Positions 43,743 through 55,520 are shown, numbered from the stretch's first letter. The stretch: DNA of 64,000 nucleotides from Terriglobia bacterium (GCA_963664115.2 CAXWPJ010000011.1:1-64000); one strand, 5' to 3'. A program made the numbers and translations. Notes: generated by a model from the sequence alone, not told the origin.

Positions 43743-43994
43743 TTACTTGGCCTCGGCGATGGGGTCTTCCCCGTCCTCGCCTTTCCGATAGCGCGACACC
43801 GTGGCGCCGCTGTAATCGCCCCGCCCCCCGCATTCAGCTTTCGTGCAGGTCAACACGAGTTTCACAGACCGGCTCACCGGGCTATTCCCTTCGCTCCGAT
43901 CCAGGCTGAACAATATTGGTGAGGCACAGTGCTCGCAGAGCACACCAAGGTACCACCTGTCGTCCTTTGTGCGAGAGGTTCGCCAAGCTTGCAT
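43743..43994 (-). CDS. Small putative Zn-ribbon protein, paralog of 7644-7865
   Basis: CEHC...CTKAEC. Confidence 0.7.
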   Translation of the reverse strand: MQAWRTSRTKDDRWYLGVLCEHCASPILFSLDRSEGNSPVSRSVKLVLTCTKAECGGRGDYSGATVSRYRKGEDGEDPIAEAK

Positions 43995-44541
43995 ATTGAT
44001 AGAAATTCAACCTTTGAGATCGAGGTTTCTCTTATCCATATCGGAGCAGAAGATTCCCATCGATCATCTGTACAAAGAATCCGACAACAACAGTCACTAT
44101 AACTATGGAAGGCCTGTCCCGGGCCGCAGCGGCGACACCCCTGAAGATTCCGCTTGCCTTGCGATTTCGCTCGAGAGCGCCGTGGCCATCTGTCTAAACA
44201 AGCTGGTCAAATCGTCCGGGGTGGTTTCGAGCGACAGGCTCGCTGCATGTAGTTTTGACGTCAAGAACGGGCCTCGGGAAATGGCGCTTGTCTGTAGGGC
44301 CCTTCGAGAACCTCGCGGGAAAGATTGAGATCGGCAGCGGGAAACCGAGTACTTTCCGGAAAGGGACACGTGGCTCCGAAACAGGAGTCCGACACTAATC
44401 CGCTACCTGAACGATACTCTTTGGCGGGTACAGGGTCAACGGTCATCACGGCAAGCATCGGGACAATCCGCCACGAAACGACAGCCGACGATCCTTTCCA
44501 AGTCGTCTTCGCGGAAGAATCTGTGGAGCAGACCACCGGCT

Positions 44542-45957
44542 CTAGTCGCTGGCGACGAGCCTGCGGATGGTACCGTCGTGCTTGTTCAAAACGAACAACT
44601 GCCCCCCAGGTCCTCTACCAAAACGCAGATCCACCCGCGTCGCGGGATCCTTGCCCTGTTCGCGATTCTTGTCCTGAATCAGTTCGAGCAGCGTCCTGGC
44701 TTCGCCGTCGTCGTTGAGCAAAACCCTGCGGATGGCATCCTGTCCGCCATCAGGAAGGTCGTTCGCGTCGAGGTGAAAGATTTCTCCACTGGGCAGGTCG
44801 CCGAACAGGATGCGGTTCTGCAATTGAGGAATCGCGTTGTCACGGTAAACCACCAGACCGATGGACGCGGATTGAGGCTGGAGCAGCGGATCCAGTTGCC
44901 CGTACTCCGCAATCGGATAGGTCACATCGGGATCGCTCCGTGGGCTTTCCGTGCTCACCGCCTGGCGGCTGATGAAGCCGAAGCTTCCTTCCCAGGTGTT
45001 CCAGCCAAGATTCGCTCCTGCGGTAACCTGACTGATTTCCTCGACGATGTTCTGGCCGATGTCGGTAGAGAACATGTTTCCGTTCTGAGAGTCCCAGGCG
45101 AAGTTCTGGGGATTGCGGACGCCGTAAGCGTAGATCTCTGCCAGTGTCCGATCGTCACCATCGTTGAAGGGATTGTCGGCGGGAATTCCGTACTTTCCGT
45201 TGGCGCTGTTTGAACCGAGAGGGTCGATGCGGAAGATCTTTCCGAAACCCGAATCAAGTTTCTGCGCGTTGAAGAGCGGATCACCGCCGCTACCGCCGTC
45301 GGCGATCCCCACGTACATCAGGCCAAAATCCGCGTCACCCGCCCCGGCAAGAGGGTTGAATCCGATCTGGCCACCATTGTGGTTACGAAAGGGCTGCTCA
45401 AAGCGGAACAATTCCCTCGGAGCGCCGCCATCGTAAGTGGCGGCATCGGGCGTCCTGGCCGTCCACTCCAGCAGAACGGTGTCGTGGGTGTTGCCTCCAC
45501 CACCGGGCACGAAGTCGGGCGCCGGTTCCGTGTCAGTAACGTCACTCCAGGTATAGAACTTGCCAAAACCCGGCGTGCCGGCCTGGCCGAACTGAGGGTG
45601 GAAGGCAAAGCTCTGCATGCCCCGTTCCCTGCCAGTCGAATTGATGCTGAAGCCCCAGTTGTCGGCGTTGGCATCGACGTACTCGGTGACCGTCTCCCCG
45701 TCGTAACTGACGCTGAAAATCGGGCCAAGCATATCGTTGACGAACAGGCGGCCGGTGCCGGACTCATTGATCAATATCATCGGACGCACCGCTTCTCCAT
45801 CGCGATCCGGAAGAGAGGCAAACTCGACGAAGTCGACATTGATGATGCCTTCGAGAGCTTCGATGGGCTGGGGAAAGGGATCGTCCGTCCTCTGAGCGAG
45901 CGCGGGAGACACCATCATCGCCGCGGCCACAATCAATTGAGTCACGTATTTAGTCAT
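44542..45957 (-). CDS. Glucose/sorbosone dehydrogenase-like beta-propeller protein
   Basis: NHNGG, DGGSGGDP, GKIFRID, AYGVRNP, NLGW. Confidence 0.9.
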   Translation of the reverse strand: MTKYVTQLIVAAAMMVSPALAQRTDDPFPQPIEALEGIINVDFVEFASLPDRDGEAVRPMILINESGTGRLFVNDMLGPIFSVSYDGETVTEYVDANADNWGFSINSTGRERGMQSFAFHPQFGQAGTPGFGKFYTWSDVTDTEPAPDFVPGGGGNTHDTVLLEWTARTPDAATYDGGAPRELFRFEQPFRNHNGGQIGFNPLAGAGDADFGLMYVGIADGGSGGDPLFNAQKLDSGFGKIFRIDPLGSNSANGKYGIPADNPFNDGDDRTLAEIYAYGVRNPQNFAWDSQNGNMFSTDIGQNIVEEISQVTAGANLGWNTWEGSFGFISRQAVSTESPRSDPDVTYPIAEYGQLDPLLQPQSASIGLVVYRDNAIPQLQNRILFGDLPSGEIFHLDANDLPDGGQDAIRRVLLNDDGEARTLLELIQDKNREQGKDPATRVDLRFGRGPGGQLFVLNKHDGTIRRLVASD

Positions 45958-46155
45958 TCTGATTCCTTCCTTAGTTCTCCCTGCTCAGCTGCAGATTGTG
46001 AGAAATCCTAACATTTGCTCGCAAAAAGTTGTGTAAGAATTCCTGGTGCCTTGGTATCTCTCACTTTCCGGATCGACACCGGACTGTCGCATTGTAGGTC
46101 TGCTGGTCCGCATGGTGTAGCATTCCCGTAGTGTTTGCGTTTATTGGGAGGAACG

Positions 46156-46614
46156 ATGAAGAAACGAATGACGGTCGCAGGCTTATGTTTGCTGGGTGCG
46201 GTTCTGGCCGGGACGGTTCCGGCGCAGGCCGCGCAAGATGCACCTCTGGAGCCTTGCGGCCCGAATCTGGGAACCGATATCAAGAACGTGAGCGGCCACT
46301 CGCGCTGCTTCGAGCTCAGGACGTATACGGTCGGAGAGGGCAGCACGATCGATCAATTGCACACACGCTTTCGCGAGCGAACGACGGCTCTTTTCCGAAA
46401 GCACGGTATGACGATCGTCGGCTACTGGCAGCCGACCACGCAGCCCAACACCTTGATCTACGTGCTGGCATACGCGGATCGCGCTGCGCGGGACGCTGCA
46501 TGGGACGCGTTTAGAAGCGATCCGGACTGGATCGAGACGCGCGAGGAAATGCCCGTCAATGTCCAAGTCGAGAACGTCTTCATGAGCGCGACCGACTACT
46601 CACCCATTAAATAG
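46156..46614 (+). CDS. NIPSNAP family protein
   Basis: FELRTY, AWDAFRSDPDW, TDYSP. Confidence 0.88.
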   Translation: MKKRMTVAGLCLLGAVLAGTVPAQAAQDAPLEPCGPNLGTDIKNVSGHSRCFELRTYTVGEGSTIDQLHTRFRERTTALFRKHGMTIVGYWQPTTQPNTLIYVLAYADRAARDAAWDAFRSDPDWIETREEMPVNVQVENVFMSATDYSPIK

Positions 46615-46822
46615 CTGCCTCAGCCCTCCGGGGCGGTGGGACCGCCCCGGAGGAATCACCTGTAAAAGGAACGGACACTTCAGCCGCAACGCACTCGCCA
46701 GGCCACAATGTCGCATGAAGTGTCCGTCCCCTTTCCCCGCATGCAAACATGACGCTTATACGCGTACGGAGCGTATGTGTTGAAATACCGGTTGAAAGCG
46801 TCGTCGACCCATCAAACCATCT

Positions 46823-48061
46823 ATGAACGGACACAAATCACAACCGGGCTTCGGAGAGTTCGTCGCCCTGATGGCGATGATGATGTCACTCGCGGCGCTG
46901 TCGATCGACATGATGCTCCCCGCGCTGCCTGAGATCGGGCGTGATCTCGGTGTCCAGGGCCCCAACGACACCCAGTTGGTCATATCGCTTCTTTTCCTCG
47001 GCTTCGCAGTGGGCCAGATATTCTACGGCCCGCTATCGGACAACACAGGCCGCAAATCTACTGTGTATTTGGGGTTCGGACTGGTTGTTGTCGGCTCCGT
47101 TTGCGCGTTGTTCGCTCCAAGCTTTCCCATAATGCTTTTGGGACGATTCCTTCAAGGCCTTGGCGTGGCGGGCCCGCGCACGATCGTACTGGCCCTGGTC
47201 CGAGACCGCTACGAGGGCCGGACGATGGCCCGGGTCATGTCCTTCGTGATGGCTGTGTTCATTATGGCGCCCGTCGTCGCACCGGCCATGGGACAGGCCA
47301 TCATGGTTCTGGCGGGGTGGCGGGCGATTTTTGGCTTCTATCTCGGCCTGGTGCTTGTCGTTTCCCTCTGGTTTGGACTGCGACAGCCGGAAACACTGGC
47401 CACGGACCGTCGAATCCCGTTCCGGAGGGAGCGAATCGTGCGTGCCGTGCGCGAAGTCCTGGGCAACAGGATTTCCTTTGGGTACACCCTCGCAGCCGGA
47501 CTTATTTTTGGTTCGTTCATCGGTTACCTGAACTCGTCGCAACAGATCTTCCAGGAACAATACGGTCTGGGCCCGTTGTTTCCCTTGTACTTCGGCATTG
47601 GTGCGCTCTCGCTAGGTTGCGCGTCATTCCTGAACGCGACGCTCGTGATGCGTCACGGGATGCGGCCGCTGGTTCTCCGCGCACTGAAATCCATGTCGGG
47701 TATTTCCGTTGTATTTCTGGCCATCGCCTATGCCCTGGCCGGTCACCCACCGTTGTGGCTGTTTATGGGCTACATGCTGATCGTTTTTTTCTGTTCGGGT
47801 ATTCTCTTCGGAAACCTGAACGCTCTTGCGATGGCGCCCATGGGGCACATCGCCGGAACGGCGGCCGCAGTGATCGGATCGCTCTCCACCTTCCTTTCGC
47901 TCGTGCTCGGCACGGCCGTCGGTCAGGCGTACAACGGAACGGTTCTGCCTCTGGTCCTCGGGTTTGCGCTTTTCGGTGTGGCGTCACTCGCCGTCGTGCA
48001 CTGGATCGAACGTGAAACTTCAGAACCTGAAAGCACCGAAACAGTTTCGATCGAAGACTGA
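46823..48061 (+). CDS. Bcr/CflA-family MFS efflux transporter
   Basis: SIDMMLPALP, GPLSDxxGRK, multiple transmembrane helices. Confidence 0.92.
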   Translation: MNGHKSQPGFGEFVALMAMMMSLAALSIDMMLPALPEIGRDLGVQGPNDTQLVISLLFLGFAVGQIFYGPLSDNTGRKSTVYLGFGLVVVGSVCALFAPSFPIMLLGRFLQGLGVAGPRTIVLALVRDRYEGRTMARVMSFVMAVFIMAPVVAPAMGQAIMVLAGWRAIFGFYLGLVLVVSLWFGLRQPETLATDRRIPFRRERIVRAVREVLGNRISFGYTLAAGLIFGSFIGYLNSSQQIFQEQYGLGPLFPLYFGIGALSLGCASFLNATLVMRHGMRPLVLRALKSMSGISVVFLAIAYALAGHPPLWLFMGYMLIVFFCSGILFGNLNALAMAPMGHIAGTAAAVIGSLSTFLSLVLGTAVGQAYNGTVLPLVLGFALFGVASLAVVHWIERETSEPESTETVSIED

Positions 48062-48086
48062 TAAACTAAAGCGCGTTCGGGTTGCA

Positions 48087-49628
48087 ATGCGGAGCTTCCC
48101 GATCCCAGCAATGAAGCACGACCGATCGCATCGCCGGTTCGTCATCCCAGTGGCCCTTACCGCCCTGCTGGGCTTGGGACTCCTGGCCTCAGAAATCCCC
48201 GCTCTGCTTCAGACAAGCGCACCTCTACCTTTTGTTGTCTACTTCGACGACGGCCCCTTCCCCACGACCAGATCCATCCGCGATGACGCCACGTTTGTAG
48301 AACTGACAGGTCTCATACGACGCATGGGACTTCCATACACCGATGCGACCGCTGCGGGAACGTTTACGATTCGCGGTCCGGCCGGCACATTGGTCGCGAC
48401 GCGCAATGAAGAAACTCTGACGATAGACGGACGGTCACTGCAACTGGAGCGCGCGCCATACACCGACGGTGCCCGCTGGTACGTGCCCCTGGATTTCCTT
48501 ACAGGGGCTCTGGAACAGATCACCGGTGTGAACTTCCGGTATGAACCCGGCGCGCCGCGCATGCTGGCCGGCACTCTCACCGCCACGCGACTCGACATCA
48601 GCGCCGTCGGAAACGAAGGCGAGACACGGCTGACAATACGCTCCGACGTCAGCGTAAATATTCGAGTGCAACAGATTCCCGAGGAAAATCGAGTGATCCT
48701 GGCAATCGATCACGCACCCATCAGACCGTCCGCGGAAACGCTGGAGTACCGCGATGGTTCTATACGATCCGTGCGGTTTGACGATGCCGACGGGCGTTCT
48801 AAGATCCTCGTCGAAACGACGCCGCAGGTCGCGAGCGTCCGACTGACACCCACGGAGGAGAACCGCACCTTTTTTGTGGATTTCGTTCCCGAAAGCGCCC
48901 CGGCCGAAACAGTGGCGACACCACCGGCGCCGGAGCGGGATGGACTGGCCGGGGCCGGTGGCGTGCGGGTGATCGTCATCGATCCGGGCCACGGTGGCCT
49001 GGATGCCGGCGCCGGGGCATCGGGCACGCTTGAAAAAGATCTGACTCTCGCGCTGGCGCGGCGTATCCGCACCCGACTGCAAACCGGGCTCGATACCACC
49101 GTCATTCTCACCCGGGACTCGGATATCGAATTAAGCGGGGAGACACGATCCGCGATCGCCAACAACAACGCAGCCGATCTGCTGATCAGCCTGCACATCG
49201 GTTTTTCTCGAGACCCCAGCGAGACCGGCGCATCGCTGTTTGTCATGAAGGCAATGCCCTCCCCTGGAATCGAAGCCACCGACGGTATTAACGATGCCGC
49301 GTCCGGGCGAGCGCTGTTCCAGCCCTGGTACTGGACCTATGAGTCCCATCTGGCACGCAGCCGGGTCCTGGGAGAAATCTTTCAACGAAGGTTGGCGGCG
49401 GCGATTCCCGGTTGGGAGTTTTCGCTCCGGGAAGCTCCAATCGGTGTCCTCAGGAGCGCAGCCATGCCCGCGATACTCGTCGAGCTGGGTAACGCGAACA
49501 ATCGGGCGAACCTCAAGGCACTCACAAGCCCGGCGCTCCAGGACCGTCTGATCGAGGCGATCGTGCGGTCGGTCACCGAGTTTGGCGCCATTGGAGCCAG
49601 CGAAGCCCTTGACGATGGAGGTGCTTGA
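48087..49628 (+). CDS. N-acetylmuramoyl-L-alanine amidase (Amidase_3)
   Basis: IDPGHGG, EKD, ISLH, ILVELG. Confidence 0.9.
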   Translation: MRSFPIPAMKHDRSHRRFVIPVALTALLGLGLLASEIPALLQTSAPLPFVVYFDDGPFPTTRSIRDDATFVELTGLIRRMGLPYTDATAAGTFTIRGPAGTLVATRNEETLTIDGRSLQLERAPYTDGARWYVPLDFLTGALEQITGVNFRYEPGAPRMLAGTLTATRLDISAVGNEGETRLTIRSDVSVNIRVQQIPEENRVILAIDHAPIRPSAETLEYRDGSIRSVRFDDADGRSKILVETTPQVASVRLTPTEENRTFFVDFVPESAPAETVATPPAPERDGLAGAGGVRVIVIDPGHGGLDAGAGASGTLEKDLTLALARRIRTRLQTGLDTTVILTRDSDIELSGETRSAIANNNAADLLISLHIGFSRDPSETGASLFVMKAMPSPGIEATDGINDAASGRALFQPWYWTYESHLARSRVLGEIFQRRLAAAIPGWEFSLREAPIGVLRSAAMPAILVELGNANNRANLKALTSPALQDRLIEAIVRSVTEFGAIGASEALDDGGA

Positions 49629-50288
49629 GTGACACGCAAGCTCTCTATCAGCCTCCTGTTGATGGTCGCCGTCGCCGCTCTGTCCGCGCTTTACTTCTTA
49701 ATTGTAGCGGGAGGCGTGGGACAGAATCCGGAACCGGAAAATGACCCGGTATTCGAGGAAACCGTCGCACCCCTCTTCGCGCCCACCGACCCGGCAATCG
49801 AGGCAAGGTTGTTCTTCCCGGGTAACAACAACGACGTGCTATTGCGGACCCGGGACGTAACGATCTTCGCTTCGGTGGAGATAGAAAACCGCGTCCGCCA
49901 GATCGTAGATCAATTAATCCGGGGTGGGGACGACCCGGATCTATTCTACAGACTGCCCTCAGACACTCGACTTAACGAAGTGTTCGTAGCTGATAGTGGC
50001 GTCGTGTATCTGGACTTCAACAGCGCGATCTCGGACAACCATCCCGGGGGTGTGCTTCCTGAGCAGGCGACGATATATTCCATCGTCAACTCGCTCACGT
50101 ACAACCTTGATGCAATCGATCGCGTGAAGATTCTGATCGGTGGCACCGAAAAGGAGACGCTGGCCGGACACTGCCTGCTTCTGTTACCGTTGGAAATGGA
50201 TCTTTCGATCAGCGATATGGCACCCCCAGCGGCACTCTCCACGACCCCCCAGACGGAACGACCTCGCGGGAACGCCAATGAGAATTGA
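49629..50288 (+). CDS. GerMN-domain protein
   Basis: [17 protein letters not shown]; typical position after the amidase. Confidence 0.85.
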   Translation: MTRKLSISLLLMVAVAALSALYFLIVAGGVGQNPEPENDPVFEETVAPLFAPTDPAIEARLFFPGNNNDVLLRTRDVTIFASVEIENRVRQIVDQLIRGGDDPDLFYRLPSDTRLNEVFVADSGVVYLDFNSAISDNHPGGVLPEQATIYSIVNSLTYNLDAIDRVKILIGGTEKETLAGHCLLLLPLEMDLSISDMAPPAALSTTPQTERPRGNANEN

Positions 50289-51006
50289 CGGCCGAAACAC
50301 TGACGATCTGCGTCCTGTTCAGCTGACGCCGGACTTCATTCCACACGCGGAGGGTTCCGTGTTGATCGAAGTCGGCCGGACCCGTGTCATCTGTACGGCG
50401 AGCGTTGAGGAGTCCGTGCCCCTCTTTATGCGCGGTAGTAACAAAGGATGGATTACCGCGGAATACTCGATGTTGCCACGCGCGACCGAGAGCCGGACGC
50501 CAAGAGAGGCGTCGCTCGGCCGCAAGTCAGGCCGGACCCAGGAGATCCAGCGCCTCATCGGCAGGTCACTTCGGACCGCCGCCAACCTGGATTTGTTGGG
50601 GGAGCGGACGATCTGGGTCGATTGTGATGTCATCGAGGCCGACGGAGGAACGCGGACAGCTTCGATAACGGGCGCTTTCGTCGCCATGGTCCAGGCCATG
50701 GACAAGCTGGTCGACAAGGGTGCATTGAACACCGTGCCCATCCGGTCCAGTATCGCCGCGGTCAGCGTGGGCATCGTTGATGGTGTTCCGATGCTGGACC
50801 TGAACTACGAAGAAGACGCCAACGCCGAAGTAGACTTCAACGTTGTGATGACCGATCAGCGGGAGTTTGTGGAACTGCAGGGAACCGCGGAACGGCAACC
50901 TTTCTCCAAAACACGCCTGGACGCGCTCCTCGATCTGGCAGAGTCCGGAATAGCACAACTGATTGACACGCAACAACAGGCGCTGGGAGCGATGCGCAAA
51001 CGGTGA
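50278..51006 (+). CDS. rph: Ribonuclease PH
   Basis: [25 protein letters not shown]. Confidence 0.97.
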   Translation: MRIDGRNTDDLRPVQLTPDFIPHAEGSVLIEVGRTRVICTASVEESVPLFMRGSNKGWITAEYSMLPRATESRTPREASLGRKSGRTQEIQRLIGRSLRTAANLDLLGERTIWVDCDVIEADGGTRTASITGAFVAMVQAMDKLVDKGALNTVPIRSSIAAVSVGIVDGVPMLDLNYEEDANAEVDFNVVMTDQREFVELQGTAERQPFSKTRLDALLDLAESGIAQLIDTQQQALGAMRKR

Positions 51007-51596
51007 GGTCCCTGGTCGTTGCCAGTAAGAATCCCGGCAAGGCACACGAGATCGCGACCGTTCTCAGTTCCCTTCATGACTGGAAAGTTGAATCGCTGCC
51101 TGAGGGCATCCCCGACATAGACGAAACTGGAACCACGTTCGTCGAAAATGCGGTTTTGAAAGCGGAGCACTACAGTCGCTCAATCGAGGGCTTGTGTGTG
51201 GCCGACGATTCCGGACTGATCGTGGACGCACTCGGGGGCCGGCCCGGTATCTATTCGGCTCGATACGCGCCGACCGATGACGCGCGTAATCAAAGGCTGC
51301 TCGAAGAATTGGAGCGTATCCCTCCAGGCAGGCGTGACGCCCGCTTTGTCTGCGCCCTGGCGTTGGCCCGAAAGGGACGATCGATCTGGACGGTCGAGGA
51401 ACGTGTCGAAGGACAAATCGCTCCCGCACTTGCCGGAGAATTCGGTTTTGGCTATGACCCACTGTTCTGGGTCCCGGAATTCGAGCAGACGACGGGCCAA
51501 CTGAAACCTGAGATAAAGAACCAGATCAGCCACCGCGGGGTGGCGCTGCGCCGGCTTCAGGAGTACCTCGAAGCCTATCTCGAGACCCGGGAGTGA
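51003..51596 (+). CDS. rdgB: Non-canonical purine NTP pyrophosphatase
   Basis: ADDSGL, PGIYSAR, FGYDP, SHRG. Confidence 0.95.
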   Translation: MRSLVVASKNPGKAHEIATVLSSLHDWKVESLPEGIPDIDETGTTFVENAVLKAEHYSRSIEGLCVADDSGLIVDALGGRPGIYSARYAPTDDARNQRLLEELERIPPGRRDARFVCALALARKGRSIWTVEERVEGQIAPALAGEFGFGYDPLFWVPEFEQTTGQLKPEIKNQISHRGVALRRLQEYLEAYLETRE

Positions 51597-51710
51597 TTAT
51601 TTTACATCCTCGAAAACGATCAATTGCTAACGTAGTAGGGGACGGACCGTTCTAAAGAGAGTGGTCGAAGAATCGCGATTAAGTTTTAGCATACCTTCAG
51701 GAGGTCGACG

Positions 51711-52349
51711 ATGGTGACTTCAGTGTTGATGCTATTGACGCTTCTGGGTCCGATGGAACAGGGACCCAGAGAACTCACGGTCCCGGATGAGTCGCAGATC
51801 AAACCACCACTGGTCGTATCCGAAGGTACCGTCATCCCGGTGAGCCTGATTAACGAGATTTCAACCAAGAACGCCGAAGCCGGCAACGGAGTCTATGCTC
51901 AGACGATTTTTCCGGTCACGGTAAACAACGAAATCGTGATTCCCGTAGGCAGCTACGCCCGCGGCCGAATCGTAAACGCAACGCGTCCCGGACGCGTGAC
52001 GGGAAAAGCCGAGCTGACGATCAACTTCCATACGATTATCCTGCCCAGCGGTTTGACGCTGCCGGTCTTCGGAAGCCTGGGTGGCGTCGGTGGTGTCGCC
52101 GAAAGACAGGGAGAAGCGACGGTCAGTGGTGACTCCACGAAAGGCAAAGACGTGGGTACCGTCGCCACAACCGCAGGCACGGGCGCGGTCATCGGGGCGA
52201 TCAGCGGTGGCGGCAAAGGCGTGGCCATTGGAGCCGGGGCCGGCGCGGCGGCTGGAATCGCTCAAGTTCTTCTGAGCCGCGGAGAGGATCTTACCCTGCC
52301 CCGCGGTACGACAATCGAGGTGGTACTCGACCGTCCGCTGGAGCCCTGA
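51711..52349 (+). CDS. TrbI/VirB10-like domain protein with glycine zipper
   Basis: GTVIPVSL, IPVGS, Gly/Ala-rich helices. Confidence 0.65.
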   Translation: MVTSVLMLLTLLGPMEQGPRELTVPDESQIKPPLVVSEGTVIPVSLINEISTKNAEAGNGVYAQTIFPVTVNNEIVIPVGSYARGRIVNATRPGRVTGKAELTINFHTIILPSGLTLPVFGSLGGVGGVAERQGEATVSGDSTKGKDVGTVATTAGTGAVIGAISGGGKGVAIGAGAGAAAGIAQVLLSRGEDLTLPRGTTIEVVLDRPLEP

Positions 52350-52413
52350 ACAGATTTGCAACCCCCCGCTCTTTCCATTACCTTTAATTGACAGGGCCCA
52401 TGGAGGGCCGTCA

Positions 52414-52488
52414 CGGGGCGTAGCGTAGTCCGGTCAGCGCGCCTGCTTTGGGAGCAGGAGGCCGGGAGTTCGAATCTCCCCGCCCCGA
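52414..52488 (+). tRNA. tRNA-Pro(TGG), CCA not encoded
   Basis: Acceptor stem CGGGGCG/CGCCCCG; anticodon loop TTTGGGA; GTTCGAATC T-loop. Confidence 0.93.
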
Positions 52489-52801
52489 TTGAACTTAGCG
52501 AAACAATGAGGCCACGAAAAACGACAGAATTAACGACCTGATTAACAAATCGAGGTTGCTAGGAAGCGCACGTGATTACATTATTGACGGGAGTCAGAAC
52601 GCTCATCTACACGGCCAGAGTGACGAGCCAGGGCGTGATCAGGTCGGTATACATGCATCAGCTGCTTAACACAGGCGGGTGATCGTTTCTGCTGACGGCC
52701 GCAGCAAGCCGGAATCACCGCAGCGCTTCCTGAAGGCCAAAAAGTGGCAACCTATGGCAACCGGATGGGTAGTGCCTAAGATTAGGTGGGCCTTAGATTG
52801 T

Positions 52802-53328
52802 TCAACGGCAGTCATCGAACCAGTCGGGTTTCAATCGAATATATGAGTTCACAACGGATGCGAGTTGAGCGCCCACAGCGACCGAAACAGCGTATACCTT
52901 TTTATTGTTAAGTCGCACTGCTTCTACCGCAGGCGTGAAGTCCCCATCCGCAGACAGCAGGTAGGCAGCATCGAACTCATCCCGCTCGGCCATGACCACC
53001 ATATCGACTGCAACCATCACGTCTACAGCTTTTTCAACCATTGCGGTTGTTTTGTGATGAGTACGGGCGAGCCGGCCGAGATCGTGATAGACCTGTTGGT
53101 CAATTCGCGTCGGGAGATTAGCGAGATACGCTGCTAGTTCCTTAGCCAGCGGATTATCGACTGGTCGCTGCTCAAGGCGACCGAGGTGAGTCGAAATCTT
53201 AGGATCAGTCGCACCGAGCGACGCCAAGAAGCGACGCTGGGCGGCGTAAAGATTGTTCGCTCCAGTCTGCGGTACTCTCCCGATATAGTATCGGGTTCCA
53301 ACCCAGCTAAACAGACTGTAACTTATAG
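52802..53328 (-). pseudogene. NYN-domain (LabA/DUF88) nuclease, 5'-truncated by IS256
   Basis: EKAVDV..AVD and LLSADGDF motifs. Confidence 0.82.
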
Positions 53329-54772
53329 GAGTTATTGTCAAAAGTGGTGTTTAGGAGATTGATTCAAGCGGCGGCCTGATCGACTTGTGTCGCTTCGACA
53401 CCATCGTTGAATTTCACTCCGATGATTACCTTGCTCAGATCATCGAATCCTCGTAATCGTCGCCAATTGTTCTCAGCGCACTGGCCCAGTTTGAACATCA
53501 TGTGCAGCATGCCATCCCGTGCCCAGTTTGAACATCATGTGCAGCATGCCATCAGCCGTCGCGTTCGGGGGCTTCTCTTCCAGTGCAACCTCTGGATCGC
53601 TTCGTTCGGTGTCGAATGGTGGCAAAGGTCGACTCAATGGGATTCGTCGTTCTGATGCTCTGCCAGTGCTTGGCCGGAAAGTCGTAAAAGGCCAGCAGTT
53701 CCTCTCTGTCTTTCTGCAGGCAGAGTGTGGCTTTCGGATACTTCGGTTCATAGGTTTCAATGAACAAGTCGAATGCCTTCTCGGCGTCTGCCTTCGTCTC
53801 GGCCTGCCAGATCGAGTGCAGGGCCTGTTTCGCCTTCGCCTGGACCGACTTGGGCAGGCAGTTGAGGACGTTCATGACTTTGTGCATCCAGCAACGTTGT
53901 TGACGTGTCTCGGGATAGATTTCCTCCAGTGCGGCCCAGAACCCCATCGCACCGTCACCGATGGCCAACTTCGGAACATTCATCCCACGGGACTTCAGCT
54001 TCAACAAGACCTCGCGCCAACTCTGTGTCGATTCCCGTACACCGTCTTCGATCGCCAGGAAACGCTTCTCTCCGCGTTCATTCACGCCGATCACGACCAA
54101 TGCACACAACTTGGTTTGTTCCGCCCGAAGTCCGCTGTAGATGCCGTCGGCCCAGACATAGACCCAGCGATCTGCATCCAAACGCTCCTCGCATCCGAGG
54201 CGGTACTGTTCGCCCCAAACCTGTTTCAACCGCGATACCGTGCTCGCCGACAGACCCTGCGCCTGGGGACCGACAAGAACTTTTAGGGCCTCACCCATCT
54301 CGCCGCTGGAAACGCCTTTCAAATACAACCACGGCACCGCTGCTTCCAGCGACTTCGTCTTCCGAATGTACGGTGGTACCAGGGCCGATCGGAACGTCAC
54401 AGCTTCGCCCGTCTTGGCACGGACCTTCGGGATTTGGACTGTTACCGGACCCAATCCCGTCTGCAGTTCGCGTTCCGGCAGATAACCGTTGCGTACCACC
54501 CCGGCGTTTCCTGTCTCAGTTCGCCGGCCACCGTGCTGGGATAGCAGCTCTGCCAATTCGGCTTCCACTGCGCGTTGGATCAGTTGCTGTGCCCCAACTC
54601 GTAGTAGTTCTGTTACTGGATCCTCAATCGTTTCTCGACCTTCCGGTCCATTCACGTTACTCTTGCTCACAGTGGCGTATCTCCTATGGTTGCTTTGAAG
54701 TTTTGTCACAACAAATCAACCAGATACGCCGCTCTTATTCAATCCCTCAAACACCAGATTCGGTTATAACTC
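53329..54772 (-). mobile_element. IS256 copy 4, disrupted by a net 59-bp composite insertion
   Basis: 1444 bp versus 1385 bp; ORF diverges after KRSRGC. Confidence 0.92.
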
Positions 54773-54806
54773 AGTCCTGAGAAATCATCTTGTCGGAAGT
54801 TGAGAA
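54773..54806. repeat. Palindromic repeat copy clipped by IS256
   Basis: agtcctgagaaatcatcttgtcggaagttgagaa. Confidence 0.88.
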
Positions 54807-54857
54807 AAAAGAAGGGAAAATTTCTTATCGAGTTCCAGATAATCGTAGTTAGGCCAG

Positions 54858-55361
54858 ATGAACTGCGAAACGATCAGACGAGCGTACAACTCTGATTCCC
54901 CACGGATAATTTCGCTCATAGCCGACGTCTATCGAGAGTACGGCGACGAGATCTATCTAGAAGGAGCGGACAAGGATCTAGTTGATATTGAAGGATATTA
55001 CCGACAGGTAAGCGGGGATTTTGTCATATTGGAAAGGAATGACGAAATCGCAGGAACGCACGCCGTACTCCCGCTTGACCTAGCGAACCGCGTCATAACC
55101 TTCAGACGGCTGTACCTTCGGCAGGAGTTGCGTGGGTCGGGTTGCGGAAAGCGGTTGATGAAATGGGCAATCGATTGGTCGATGCGCGAAGGCTATCACT
55201 CAGTAGAGTTTTGGTCTGACATACGATTCCAACGGGCACACAGGTTCTTTCAGCAATTAGGTTTCACGAAAGGGGATACTCGGAATATGACAGATGGAGC
55301 CATGCCCTACTCAGAGTATCGATTCTCAATGAACTTGTTTGGGCAAAATAATATTGCCTAA
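54858..55361 (+). CDS. GNAT N-acetyltransferase
   Basis: RRLYL..ELRGSGCGK motif A; AHRFF..LGF. Confidence 0.88.
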   Translation: MNCETIRRAYNSDSPRIISLIADVYREYGDEIYLEGADKDLVDIEGYYRQVSGDFVILERNDEIAGTHAVLPLDLANRVITFRRLYLRQELRGSGCGKRLMKWAIDWSMREGYHSVEFWSDIRFQRAHRFFQQLGFTKGDTRNMTDGAMPYSEYRFSMNLFGQNNIA

Positions 55362-55480
55362 CACGGGATGCAGTGGACGGCCTTCCGCTGGCGCTCCAGG
55401 CTCCACGGGTGGTCGAGGTCCACGTTTGGGGCCTAACAAGCCGCTGCAGCTGGCGGGGCCGGCAAAAGAGGTGAAAATGA

Positions 55481-55520
55481 TTCTCAAGTCCTGAGAAATC
55501 ATCTTCTCGGACGTTGAGAA
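55481..55520. repeat. 40-bp palindromic repeat, consensus copy
   Basis: ttctcaagtcctgagaaatcatcttctcggacgttgagaa. Confidence 0.95.

Noticed and set aside
55481-55520. Repeat as a rho-independent terminator
   Set aside because: No consistent U-tract, a bulged stem, and sequence conserved across unrelated genes
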